From Bacteroidia bacterium (GTDB lineage: Bacteria; Bacteroidota; Bacteroidia; NS11-12g; UBA9320), in the NCBI GenBank assembly GCA_965216465.1, contig CBDCFW010000006.1:640001-704000 (forward strand): DNA of 64,000 nucleotides. The letters run 5' to 3'. Made by a program: the position numbers and the translations under genes. Positions 39,268 through 48,884 of the stretch are shown here, in pieces (the stretch's first letter is position 1; every line of letters begins with the position of its first letter). Under the pieces are notes generated by a model. The model was not told the origin of the DNA, ran no database searches, and was given only the letters and a program-made list of their open reading frames with translations.

Positions 39268-40395
39268 TTATAGAAGCTCAGTTACATCTTCAAGTTGACC
39301 AGTTCGCCTGGCAATTTCAATGATCAATTCCTTTATTCCTTCTGCTCGATAATCTTCGCTTTCTACATAGTGGTGATATAGTGTAACGAAGGTCATAAGA
39401 TAGTTGGAGTTCGATCCATCAACTACGCCCTGACTGATATCATTGCTAAGGTCTAATTTGATGTAATCGAGTAAAAATTTCTTTTCATAATTCTTCTTCA
39501 TCACAGCAATGTTGTCAAATTTCACAGAACAGTATTTATAAGCCATTCCCACATTATACATGCTATCTTTATAGGGCTCATACAAGGCCTTGTTTGATGA
39601 GATGGCGTAGTATAGCGGTCTGTTACAATGCGTTTTGATATGATCAATAACGGCAAGCTGCATTTCGTGATAATTTTTGCCGTTTAACGTATCTTTAACA
39701 AAGGCCGGAATTCCTAACTCTTTAAAATATCTGTCGCGATAATCCTTGAACATAATCAGTGAGGCATTAACAACTTCTACCTTCGGTTTAACCCCTTGCA
39801 CCTGTTGCAAAATCCATGTTGGGTAGGTGTCATTATCACCAACAGTAATCAAGATGGCATCGTCATCAACACTTTGCAACATATTGTAGCACCATGCATA
39901 AATACCAGGAGAAATATCATTGGATTCAAACCAACGGTGAGCTTGATTTTTAATGTTTTCATGATCACGCGTGATAACATAGTAGGTCATGAGGTCATCC
40001 ATCAATTCAACTCGATCGGGCCCAAGTTCTTGTGCTTTTTTGAGGTGCTCCACATCTTTTTCTAAATCGCGTAATCCGGAGTTGTAATAAGCTATATAAT
40101 GCCATTCGAATGTGCCAGGAATTGCCTCGCCAATGGTTTCTACTAGGCTATCTAACTCATGAGGAGACACCCCTGCATTATAGATTTTAAGCATTCGGTT
40201 GGCCATGTAGAAATTTAACCAAGCTTCTGTATCTTTATTGTTGGTTTCCAGATATTTACCCCATAAATCAGCTTGTGATTTATACCACTCTATTGTTCTT
40301 TTTTGCTTGACTAAAGAATATACGGTCTCACGTTTGTCTTGAGCATTTGCTCCAAGAAAGGTGATCAAAATAATCGTTATCAATAATTGTCTCAT
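39268..40395 (-). CDS. Secreted protein with a DUF2723-like periplasmic domain (likely start ATG 40395)
   Basis: Signal peptide MRQLLITIILITFLGANAQ; AILITVGDNDTYPTWILQQVQG..VVNASL motif. Confidence 0.6.
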   Translation of the reverse strand: MRQLLITIILITFLGANAQDKRETVYSLVKQKRTIEWYKSQADLWGKYLETNNKDTEAWLNFYMANRMLKIYNAGVSPHELDSLVETIGEAIPGTFEWHYIAYYNSGLRDLEKDVEHLKKAQELGPDRVELMDDLMTYYVITRDHENIKNQAHRWFESNDISPGIYAWCYNMLQSVDDDAILITVGDNDTYPTWILQQVQGVKPKVEVVNASLIMFKDYRDRYFKELGIPAFVKDTLNGKNYHEMQLAVIDHIKTHCNRPLYYAISSNKALYEPYKDSMYNVGMAYKYCSVKFDNIAVMKKNYEKKFLLDYIKLDLSNDISQGVVDGSNSNYLMTFVTLYHHYVESEDYRAEGIKELIIEIARRTGQLEDVTELL

Positions 40396-40493
40396 ACTTA
40401 TACTATCCAAAACTGAGTTCAAGGTTCAAATATTTTTTAAACTTTTTCGTTCTTTCTCCATAAAAGCTTAAGTTTATCATTTCAAAGCAGACT

Positions 40494-41177
40494 ATGAAAT
40501 CGACATTATTTATTTCACTCTTAGTGCTTTTAGTCTCTGCAGCCAGTGGACAAACCAGTTCTTGGTCATTTGGAGCTATGGTCAGTCCTACAATTGAGTA
40601 TAGGATGTTATACTCTGATGGTCAAGCTATCGCTGATCGAGTTGTAGCATCGCGAGATAAAAATGAGAAAATGAAAGCTTCTTATCGAGCCGGAGTCTTA
40701 ACCCAAAGAACATTCAGCAATAATTTCGAATTTCAAACTGGTGTAATGTATTCAAACAGAGGGTTCCGATTTCCTCTTCCAGATCTAGTTTTTGAAGACC
40801 AGATTAATGCTTCTTCAGGATTCACAAGTCAAACTGCTGAACAAGCAGAGCCTCTTCCAAAAAATGTCTGGCACAGTTTTCATTATTTAGAAATTCCAGT
40901 TCAAGTAATAAAGAGTTTTGAGCGTGACAAGCTAAACATCAATGTTGGTTTGGGTACATCAGTTGACTTTCTAATTCATTCTTCTGAGCCTTATGACTTA
41001 AACAAGCTCAATATTACACCCACGGCAATTGCAGGTGTTGGTTTTCCTCTTGGACCAAGCAATCTTAATATTTATGGCTTCTATAGATTAGGTGTTCTAA
41101 AATTATCAGAAACACCTGTCGCCGCTAAACTCTGGAGTGCCGGCGTCCAATTCTCCTACTTTCTCCCCAAAAAGTAG
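40494..41177 (+). CDS. Outer-membrane beta-barrel protein
   Basis: Signal peptide; YSNRG and YLEIPV motifs. Confidence 0.75.
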   Translation: MKSTLFISLLVLLVSAASGQTSSWSFGAMVSPTIEYRMLYSDGQAIADRVVASRDKNEKMKASYRAGVLTQRTFSNNFEFQTGVMYSNRGFRFPLPDLVFEDQINASSGFTSQTAEQAEPLPKNVWHSFHYLEIPVQVIKSFERDKLNINVGLGTSVDFLIHSSEPYDLNKLNITPTAIAGVGFPLGPSNLNIYGFYRLGVLKLSETPVAAKLWSAGVQFSYFLPKK

Positions 41178-41178
41178 T

Positions 41179-41877
41179 CTATCTGATTTTATGATGTAAG
41201 CTCAGCTGAATCTGATTTTTGCTGATACTGTTGGTCGTTTGGTTCATTACTCCCAATTGAATTTTAGGGAAATTTTCAGGTTGATATCCAATTGCGGCAT
41301 AAGCACGATTTCGATCAAAGAATTGAACCGATTGTCCGTTTCCTATCTGTCTTTCGGCATTGATAAACAGCTCATTATATAATGCCAAGTAGACCGTTCC
41401 GGCTTCAATCTTTCTAGTATTAAGTGGAACATTTACGAATAGATTGTAACGATATCTCGTTCTAAAGTTCTGATTTTCAACGAATCGCTGTTCATAACGT
41501 AAGCGGTGAGTGGTATAAAGTCTTCCTCCTAAATAAGCTGGAAACAAAGCTTCCTGATAAATACGGCTTTCGTTTACCGTACTTGCACTTTTGCCATATT
41601 CTCCGGTTGTGATGTTAGCATAGCCCAGTGTCAATTTAACTTTTGAGCTATCATGTTTGTAGGTTAGCCCACTCCTGAGCATAAGTTGCTCCATGTCACC
41701 ACCCAAATTCCAGTTTCTGTGTTGAACATCTCCTTGAACACCCCAAGGGCCTGATTTGAATGTTGTATTGTAAAAATACATGTACCACGCTCCGAGCTTG
41801 TCTTCATTCACTTGAGCACTGCTAATCGTTGATAATGTACAAGTTATAATAGCAACTGCGATAAATTTTTTAATCAT
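41179..41877 (-). CDS. DUF2490 family outer-membrane protein
   Basis: HRLRYEQRF, RYRY, YNELF, FDRNR. Confidence 0.85.
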   Translation of the reverse strand: MIKKFIAVAIITCTLSTISSAQVNEDKLGAWYMYFYNTTFKSGPWGVQGDVQHRNWNLGGDMEQLMLRSGLTYKHDSSKVKLTLGYANITTGEYGKSASTVNESRIYQEALFPAYLGGRLYTTHRLRYEQRFVENQNFRTRYRYNLFVNVPLNTRKIEAGTVYLALYNELFINAERQIGNGQSVQFFDRNRAYAAIGYQPENFPKIQLGVMNQTTNSISKNQIQLSLHHKIR

Positions 41878-41958
41878 TGGTTTCTTTATATCCTATTTAG
41901 GCGTCGTCAAATAAACAATAAAAATCGAATCTAGTTTAGAAAAAGTAGCTGCTGCTTA

Positions 41959-42270
41959 CTACAAATAACAATCCAAAAGGTCGGTTGCCATATGTAACAG
42001 CAATCCAATCCCAACAATTCGAGTCTTTTTAAAGAAGACTAATCCGAAATATACTCCAATAGCATAGTAAGAGTGTAGTGGATGAAAACCAATACTGCAT
42101 CTATCAGGGTCAAATATTGGATCCGCCAGTAAATGGTCAAGATCAACTAGCATTGTACAGACCATAAGCAGCCACGCCTTCTTCCATTTTGACCTAAAAA
42201 ACACCTTGCCTATCAAGCCAGGAAACAGGAAATGTAAGCTGTAATGTATAATTGGGTTGAGAATTCCCAC
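41959..42270 (-). CDS. DUF6122 family membrane protein
   Basis: VDLDHLLADPIFDPDRCSIGFHPLHS. Confidence 0.85.
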   Translation of the reverse strand: MGILNPIIHYSLHFLFPGLIGKVFFRSKWKKAWLLMVCTMLVDLDHLLADPIFDPDRCSIGFHPLHSYYAIGVYFGLVFFKKTRIVGIGLLLHMATDLLDCYL

Positions 42271-42331
42271 GGGTTCAAATTACGTACAAATTGCAGTGCA
42301 AATACTGAAATATCTGTATCTTTGAATAACT

Positions 42332-43105
42332 ATGACCTTTTTGCGATCAACCATTATTATAGGCTTGGTAGTTCTTATGATTGCTTCATGCGATAAGAAT
42401 CAGTTACCAACCACGCAGACAAATCCAATTGTTGAATTCCGTTTAACCGATGGCCCATGTGATTATGACCATCTTTATATTGATGTTAAAGGAATTGAAA
42501 TTCACTCAGACTCAACAGGTTGGCAAGATTTACAGCCCTTCAACGCCGGAATTTATGATATTCTAGAGCTTACGAATGGATTGGATACCTTGCTTTGCAG
42601 AACCACACTTCCAGTAGGTACAATATCTCAAATTCGATTGATCTTGGGAGATAACAATACCTTGGAAACAGATGGCAGTACTTACGACCTAGCTGTTCCA
42701 TCAGGAAGCACAAGCGGATTAAAAATTAACCTGCATCAGCAATTATTAGCCAATACTTCATACAGTATTTGGTTGGATTTTGATGCATGCAAGTCAATTG
42801 TTAGAAGAGGAAATGGAACATTCGGTTTAAAACCAGTGATTCGTGCTTTCTCTGACTCAACGAATGGAAAACTAACAGGATATGTGCTTCCAGATAGCTT
42901 AAACAGCGAAGTACATGTTATCGATAACGGAGATACAATTACAGCCTTGCCAGAAGCTAATGGATATTTCATGGTTTGTGGCTTAGACGGCGTTTATGAT
43001 GTACATATTGCATCCAACGATTCAACCGTTCAAGACTCACTTATTCCAAATGTGAGTGTTGATTTTGGCGAAATTGTATCGCTCGACACCATTAATTTAA
43101 ACTAA
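42332..43105 (+). CDS. DUF4382 domain lipoprotein
   Basis: RLTDGP, LELTNG, QIRLILG, PSG..SGLK, LDFD, LKPVIR. Confidence 0.88.
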   Translation: MTFLRSTIIIGLVVLMIASCDKNQLPTTQTNPIVEFRLTDGPCDYDHLYIDVKGIEIHSDSTGWQDLQPFNAGIYDILELTNGLDTLLCRTTLPVGTISQIRLILGDNNTLETDGSTYDLAVPSGSTSGLKINLHQQLLANTSYSIWLDFDACKSIVRRGNGTFGLKPVIRAFSDSTNGKLTGYVLPDSLNSEVHVIDNGDTITALPEANGYFMVCGLDGVYDVHIASNDSTVQDSLIPNVSVDFGEIVSLDTINLN

Positions 43106-43117
43106 ACCAAAAACACC

Positions 43118-44344
43118 ATGAACCTAACAAAACTAACAACCTGCCTGGCAATCGTTTTTGTATTTGCCAGCTGTCAAAAAAATGAAGTAATTGAAAACTT
43201 TTCAGACTCTGAGGCGATTACTTTCGAAAACGCTGAGCACGGAACGATAATCCCGGGTCATTACATTGTGACCTTAAAGGAAGACTTTGTTCCTACTTAC
43301 AAAATGAAAACGGTAAATACGTATAGTGAGAAACTTACTTTAGTTAAAAATGCTGTAATCGATTTTGAAATTGATATTACTGGAAAGCAAATGCCAGTAA
43401 CGCATACCTATTGCAGTGCTCTTGTAGGTTTTTCTGGAGCTCTGACAGACGATATGGTAGCTAAGCTTCAAAATGACGATAGAGTTTTAAGCATAGAACC
43501 GGATAGAATTGTATCACTAGGCAAGCCTGACCGTCCTGGGAAACCTGGAAACGGTGGAGGCGGTGGTGACGATACCGACCCAACCCAAGACACTCCTTGG
43601 GGAATTACCCGAGTAGGTGGTGGTACTACCGCTGCTGATGGAATCGCTTGGATTATTGATTCAGGTATTGATTTAGACCACGATGATTTAAACGTTGATG
43701 TTGCGAAAAGTGAAACTTTTCTAGGAGGAAAGAGTACACCTGATGACCAACACGGTCACGGAACACATGTTGCAGGAACTGTTGCAGCAAAAAATAACTC
43801 AATTGGAGTTGTTGGTGTTGCTCCAGGAACTACCGTCGTTTCTGTACGTGTTCTTGACAGACGAGGAAGTGGCTCAACCAGTGGCGTTATTGCAGGTGTA
43901 GATTATGTAAAAGCCAACGCAGATGGATCTAATGGAGATGTAGCAAATATGAGCTTAGGTGGAGGCATTTCTACTGCACTTGATAATGCAGTACTTAGTG
44001 CATCTGGAACATGTCCTTTTGTACTTGCTGCTGGAAATGATTACGATAATGCGAATTACCATTCACCTGCACGTGTAAATGGCCCTAATGTTTATACCGT
44101 TAGTGCCATGGCTAAAGGTGATGTTTGGGCAAGCTTCAGCAACTATGGATCTGCAGTAGACTATATTGAACCAGGAGTAAACGTTAATTCATGCTGGAAG
44201 AACAATGGCTACAAAGCAATTAACGGAACTTCAATGGCCGCACCTCACTTAACTGGCATTTTATTGCTAGGACCTGTAAGTGTGGGTGGTTACGTGAGTG
44301 TAACTCCAGATTTGCCTGATACTGACCCGATTGGCGTTCTTTAA
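43118..44344 (+). CDS. S8 subtilisin-like serine protease lipoprotein with I9 prodomain
   Basis: IIDSGI, HGTHVAG, GTSMAAPH. Confidence 0.95.
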   Translation: MNLTKLTTCLAIVFVFASCQKNEVIENFSDSEAITFENAEHGTIIPGHYIVTLKEDFVPTYKMKTVNTYSEKLTLVKNAVIDFEIDITGKQMPVTHTYCSALVGFSGALTDDMVAKLQNDDRVLSIEPDRIVSLGKPDRPGKPGNGGGGGDDTDPTQDTPWGITRVGGGTTAADGIAWIIDSGIDLDHDDLNVDVAKSETFLGGKSTPDDQHGHGTHVAGTVAAKNNSIGVVGVAPGTTVVSVRVLDRRGSGSTSGVIAGVDYVKANADGSNGDVANMSLGGGISTALDNAVLSASGTCPFVLAAGNDYDNANYHSPARVNGPNVYTVSAMAKGDVWASFSNYGSAVDYIEPGVNVNSCWKNNGYKAINGTSMAAPHLTGILLLGPVSVGGYVSVTPDLPDTDPIGVL

Positions 44345-45645
44345 ACCGAAGCCAACTCTTTTATTAAATTGATTTTTTCTTGTTGGAGCCTATCCAACAA
44401 CTCTCTTCTTCCTAATTTTAATCTCGTCCACTTGAGATTAGCAATCCATTGCACCAATTCTGCAAGGTAACCGTAGGTGAATAAGCCAAGTGTTGGCCAT
44501 ATGATGACGAAAGCTATTGTTACAATCCAGTTGCCCACAAAGTAGTGTAACAATGCTGCTTCAGAAAGACCAAACACCGTAAATAGAAGTATACCCAATG
44601 CTAGAAGAACAGAGCCCATAAAATCTACTCGCTTCACTATCGTTGATGCAAGCGTGACTGTCAAAAAGAAAGGAACAAAGTGCAATGCAAAGCCTAATAT
44701 AAAGATGGGCAAACCTAGTGCAAGTAGAAAAGTTCTCAGAACCCAATATCTTTTCAAGTGTATTCCAGCTTTCATCCAAGTGGTACGGCGTATCCCCAGT
44801 CGGTCTATCGCTCCAAAGTAAGAGCTTAAACGATTTTTAAAGATCTTGAAATCGGCATTATTTTCGGTCTTGTAGCGTTGAACCTTTTCGTTAATTTCTT
44901 TACGTTGATGGTACCAATCTTGAGCAGCTAAAACGCTTGTATCGTCTTGGAGCAAATTTTCAATCTGTCCGATCATTTCTATTTCTGATTGATCTTCTAA
45001 AATTAGAATTTGAGCTTTTAACCGTTCTTCGAGATCTTGGGTTAGCTTCTCAACTCCTTTCCAGTTATCGGCCTCATAATCTTGCTGATAGTCTTTTGCC
45101 CTAAGAGGCTCTCCAACACTTAAGGTAACTTTTCCTCTAAATCGATGCGGGTTTGTATAATTAATTCCAATTGGAACGAGATGAACGTCCAAATCGAAGT
45201 TATTCTTTTGTTCTGCTTCTAACGCAATTCGTGCACTCCCTACTTTGAGGGGAGAAAGCAAAAATTTAGTTTGACATATTCCTTCTGGGAAAATCATCAA
45301 CTGGCCGTTTTTCTCCATCAGTGCATGACAATATCGAAATATGTCTTCGTTTTGATGAGCCTTATCGGGGCTATGCTCTCTTCGAAAAATTGGAATCATA
45401 TTCAACCAGCCAAAAATTTTCACGACAAGCTTGTTGTTAAATGATTCTCCTCTGGTTATAAAATGGGATTGTCCTTTTAATTGGCTTGCTACCACAACAG
45501 GATCCATAAAGGCACTCCTATGATTAGGAAGCAAGAGTATCGGTTTGCCTTCTGGAATGCGTTCTTCGTGAAGTACATTAATCTCCACAAAATACTTGCT
45601 CAACGCATAAGACATGATAATTTTAACTAATCGGTAGAGCATCAA
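44341..45645 (-). CDS. Lysophospholipid/glycerol acyltransferase
   Basis: NHRSAFMD, IFPEG, C-terminal TM helices. Confidence 0.88.
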   Translation of the reverse strand: MMLYRLVKIIMSYALSKYFVEINVLHEERIPEGKPILLLPNHRSAFMDPVVVASQLKGQSHFITRGESFNNKLVVKIFGWLNMIPIFRREHSPDKAHQNEDIFRYCHALMEKNGQLMIFPEGICQTKFLLSPLKVGSARIALEAEQKNNFDLDVHLVPIGINYTNPHRFRGKVTLSVGEPLRAKDYQQDYEADNWKGVEKLTQDLEERLKAQILILEDQSEIEMIGQIENLLQDDTSVLAAQDWYHQRKEINEKVQRYKTENNADFKIFKNRLSSYFGAIDRLGIRRTTWMKAGIHLKRYWVLRTFLLALGLPIFILGFALHFVPFFLTVTLASTIVKRVDFMGSVLLALGILLFTVFGLSEAALLHYFVGNWIVTIAFVIIWPTLGLFTYGYLAELVQWIANLKWTRLKLGRRELLDRLQQEKINLIKELASV

Positions 45646-45733
45646 TTATTCGCTATCCAAAAATAGCATTAAAAGTGATTAGCCAACGACTATCAAACTT
45701 CAGCTCAAATAAACTACTTTAATTAAGTACTGA

Positions 45734-46195
45734 TTAATTGTTGATAAACAGCGTGTTACCGCTTCTGTTTACTCGATATGTTTTTAAGTTACATCGGGCT
45801 GGTCCTTCCACCACACGACTGTCAAATAGAAATTTTGAAGTACAGCATTCTACAAAGCCTGTGTCAACCGTTGTACCACATCGAAGTTGCAGATTGGTGC
45901 TATCGACTTCAATTGTTGAGCAATCTGATTCAGATTGATAGGTGCAAGTTTGCTCTATTGCATAGTAGTAATCGTCGTAATTATGAACCAGAAAAATGCC
46001 TCGATTTCCTGCATTTTCAAGAAACATGAACTCCCCAATATTGCTTAAATGAAAATATTCCGGAAGGTCCATATTGATTGTTTGATTCACCACAACTTCA
46101 GGAATAAAACAATCTCCTGCATATGGATCATCTGGTTTACAGGAGTGAATTGTAGCCAAACCTGCCAAGATTATTACTAGTGCGATATACCTCAT
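45734..46195 (-). CDS. Rieske-like lipoprotein (His ligands not evident)
   Basis: Lipobox; CTY..C..C..CC..F..GPA..LKTY pattern. Confidence 0.6.
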   Translation of the reverse strand: MRYIALVIILAGLATIHSCKPDDPYAGDCFIPEVVVNQTINMDLPEYFHLSNIGEFMFLENAGNRGIFLVHNYDDYYYAIEQTCTYQSESDCSTIEVDSTNLQLRCGTTVDTGFVECCTSKFLFDSRVVEGPARCNLKTYRVNRSGNTLFINN

Positions 46196-47034
46196 TACTC
46201 GTAGTTGTAAAAGCCTTTTCCAGACTTTCTACCATAATAACCCGCTTGTGCCTTCTTTTGTTGTATGCGATTCGGTCTAAATTTTTGATCGTAATTAAAC
46301 AACTCGTACATTGACTCCGTTACTGAGAGATTTGTTTCGACACCAATGAGGTCCATCAATTGGAATGGACCCATTTTAAATCCTGATGCTCTTATCAAAT
46401 CATCAATCACTGCATGATCCGCAACATTTTCTTCAAGAACCTTTAATCCCTCAACATAAAAGTGCCGAGCTACTCGATTCACAATAAAGCCAGGGGCGTC
46501 TTTCGCTACGATACACTTCTTACCAACGCTATTAACATACTCAATCGCTGCATCTAGCACTTCGTTCGAAGTCTGCTCTGCACTAATCACTTCAACCAGC
46601 TTCATAATGTGTGCTGGGTTAAAGTAGTGAATTCCAACGACTTGACTAGGATACTTAAAGCTTGCAGCAAGTTTTGTAAGCGGAATCGAAGAGGTGTTAG
46701 AAGCATAGATTGTATCTGCGCCGTTTATCTCGGCAAGTTGTTCAAGAACCTTTGATTTAACCTCTAGTTTTTCAACTATTGCCTCAATTACAAGTTCTAC
46801 TTGAACGTCAGCTATGCTGTTTGAGAAACTTAAATTTGCCCAAGCGGATGACTTGCCTTGATCGTCTAATTTGCCCAGCTCAATTGCCTTATTCAAGTTC
46901 TTTTCTATATTGGTTTGAGCTACAGCAAGTACTTCATTGTTAATATCAAAAAGTACAACTTCGTGTCCTGCCATTGCTGAAACCTGAGCAATTCCTCTGC
47001 CCATTACGCCTGCTCCTATAACGCCTATTTTCAT
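46195..47034 (-). CDS. 3-hydroxyacyl(butyryl)-CoA dehydrogenase
   Basis: GAGVMGRG, EAIVE, SNTSS, HYFNP, GFIVNR. Confidence 0.93.
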   Translation of the reverse strand: MKIGVIGAGVMGRGIAQVSAMAGHEVVLFDINNEVLAVAQTNIEKNLNKAIELGKLDDQGKSSAWANLSFSNSIADVQVELVIEAIVEKLEVKSKVLEQLAEINGADTIYASNTSSIPLTKLAASFKYPSQVVGIHYFNPAHIMKLVEVISAEQTSNEVLDAAIEYVNSVGKKCIVAKDAPGFIVNRVARHFYVEGLKVLEENVADHAVIDDLIRASGFKMGPFQLMDLIGVETNLSVTESMYELFNYDQKFRPNRIQQKKAQAGYYGRKSGKGFYNYE

Positions 47035-47074
47035 CGCCGCTAATATCTTGCTTTTAGATTGAAATTACTACTTA

Positions 47075-48172
47075 TTACAATGAAGCTTTGAAGTGATCGA
47101 ATGGGTCGATAGCCATATTATCTAGCCACAACTCGAAATGAAGTAAATGCTGGCCTTTCGCATTTTGGTGTATTGAACCCAACGTTGCGGAAGGATAGAC
47201 AAAGTCTCCAATATTGACTTCGATGTCTTCGAGCCCAGCATAAACAGCTAAGTACTCATTATGAGCTACAATCATGGTTTTGCCATACTTAGGTAGGTGA
47301 GTAATTGACTTTACAACACCCATTGAGATAGCCCTCACATTCTCAGATGCGTGACATAAAATGTCTATTCCTTTGCTCTCTATCATCACCCCATGTTCGA
47401 GATTGTGATGATGCTTACCAAACTTTGTTGTAACCAAACCTTGAGAAACAGGCCAAACAAAATCAGCATGTGAAGTTCTTTTAGCTTGTCGACTACTACC
47501 TTTTAACTCCTGTAAATTGAGTTTAAGATTGTTGGCCTCTTGATCGAGTGTAAGTAGTTGTTGCTTCACAGACTTTATCTTATTCGTTGCTCGAGAAACT
47601 TCTTCTAGTTTTTCCTCTAACAATCGATCAATATCGTCATCTTTACCGTTGTATATCAACAACTTATCGCTAATTATAGCTTCTTGATTTTCTATACTCT
47701 CAAGCTGCTGCTTGCGAAGTTTTTTAAGTTTTTTGAGGTGCTTTGAGCGCGTGAATAAATCTTTTAAGTTCTCACTTGATGCCAGATAAAACAACTTCTG
47801 TTCGTAATCTCGATGCTTGTATTCTGTCAGTAATATGCTGCGGTATTGTTTTATGGCCTCCTCTTTCTGAATCCTAAGCTTACTAACTTCCTGCTGGAGT
47901 TGAAGCACTTCATCTTCTCCTTGGGCGTGTCGTTGATTTATCATTGCAATGATCTCTGAAGCCTTTCGATACTTCTGAAGTTCTTCATTTAGCACCTCAT
48001 TGAGCTGGAGTTTTGAATTTGACAGCGCAACCCACCCTTGTTGTAGGATGTTTTCTTCTAACTTCTGAACTTCTGTTTCAGATTTAACCTGAACCGAAGA
48101 GCTCAAAAAAAAGGGAATAGAAAAAAGAAGAAATGCTACTAAGCGATATAAATTACTGCCTTTTGAACCCAT
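47075..48172 (-). CDS. EnvC-like murein hydrolase activator (coiled coil plus M23)
   Basis: Long coiled coil, WPV, GIDI, LHFELW. Confidence 0.85.
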   Translation of the reverse strand: MGSKGSNLYRLVAFLLFSIPFFLSSSVQVKSETEVQKLEENILQQGWVALSNSKLQLNEVLNEELQKYRKASEIIAMINQRHAQGEDEVLQLQQEVSKLRIQKEEAIKQYRSILLTEYKHRDYEQKLFYLASSENLKDLFTRSKHLKKLKKLRKQQLESIENQEAIISDKLLIYNGKDDDIDRLLEEKLEEVSRATNKIKSVKQQLLTLDQEANNLKLNLQELKGSSRQAKRTSHADFVWPVSQGLVTTKFGKHHHNLEHGVMIESKGIDILCHASENVRAISMGVVKSITHLPKYGKTMIVAHNEYLAVYAGLEDIEVNIGDFVYPSATLGSIHQNAKGQHLLHFELWLDNMAIDPFDHFKASL

Positions 48173-48884
48173 GCGGTATATAAAACGGGAATTTAGCTAT
48201 AGGATCAGTATTTATGACTTGGTAATTAAGAACAACTTGAAGTAATGTGCTGGCATTTTGGATGTCAATGTTCACATTTTTAGGCATCAAGTCATTGTTC
48301 ACTTCTTCATAGGTATCGTATTGAATATCTGCACGTTGCGTGCTGTCCGGAGTCGTTATCTCTGACGTAAGTGTTCGCATTTGGTCATTGAGCATCAGAT
48401 TGTTAGTGGCTATACCCTGAACCGCATACAAGTTCATCTTTTCTGTATTTAAGTGATATCTATTTGAGTCAAGTAGTGCATTACCTAAAACGAGGTTTTG
48501 AAGTTGACCGACTTCAGGTTGAAACCCAATAAATGCATTCAGGTAACTGTTATCATACGCCATATATGTACTCATCATGTAATTAACCATGAAAAAGCTA
48601 TCTTCTGTTATCAGAATTTTAGCAATATCAAACCCTAACAAGCTTAGTCTGCCCCAGATAAGGCTGTCTTTCTTCATTTTTAGATGCAAGGAAACATTAT
48701 TGGTTTTCTCATCAATAGTAGTTTGTGCTTTGCCGCGCAGTTCTATGTAATCGAAATCGAACTGACTGGACCAATATTGTTCAAGAATTTGATCGTTTAG
48801 ATCGATAGCTTGTGTAGCTTTCTTTGAACGGCAAGAAGCCATGCTAATCACAATGAGTATGAATATTCCTAGTTTAATCTTCAC
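48153..48884 (-). CDS. DUF4292 lipoprotein
   Basis: Lipobox; MKKDSLIW; typical position between the TPR gene and EnvC. Confidence 0.8.
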   Translation of the reverse strand: MKIKLGIFILIVISMASCRSKKATQAIDLNDQILEQYWSSQFDFDYIELRGKAQTTIDEKTNNVSLHLKMKKDSLIWGRLSLLGFDIAKILITEDSFFMVNYMMSTYMAYDNSYLNAFIGFQPEVGQLQNLVLGNALLDSNRYHLNTEKMNLYAVQGIATNNLMLNDQMRTLTSEITTPDSTQRADIQYDTYEEVNNDLMPKNVNIDIQNASTLLQVVLNYQVINTDPIAKFPFYIPHGFKRQ

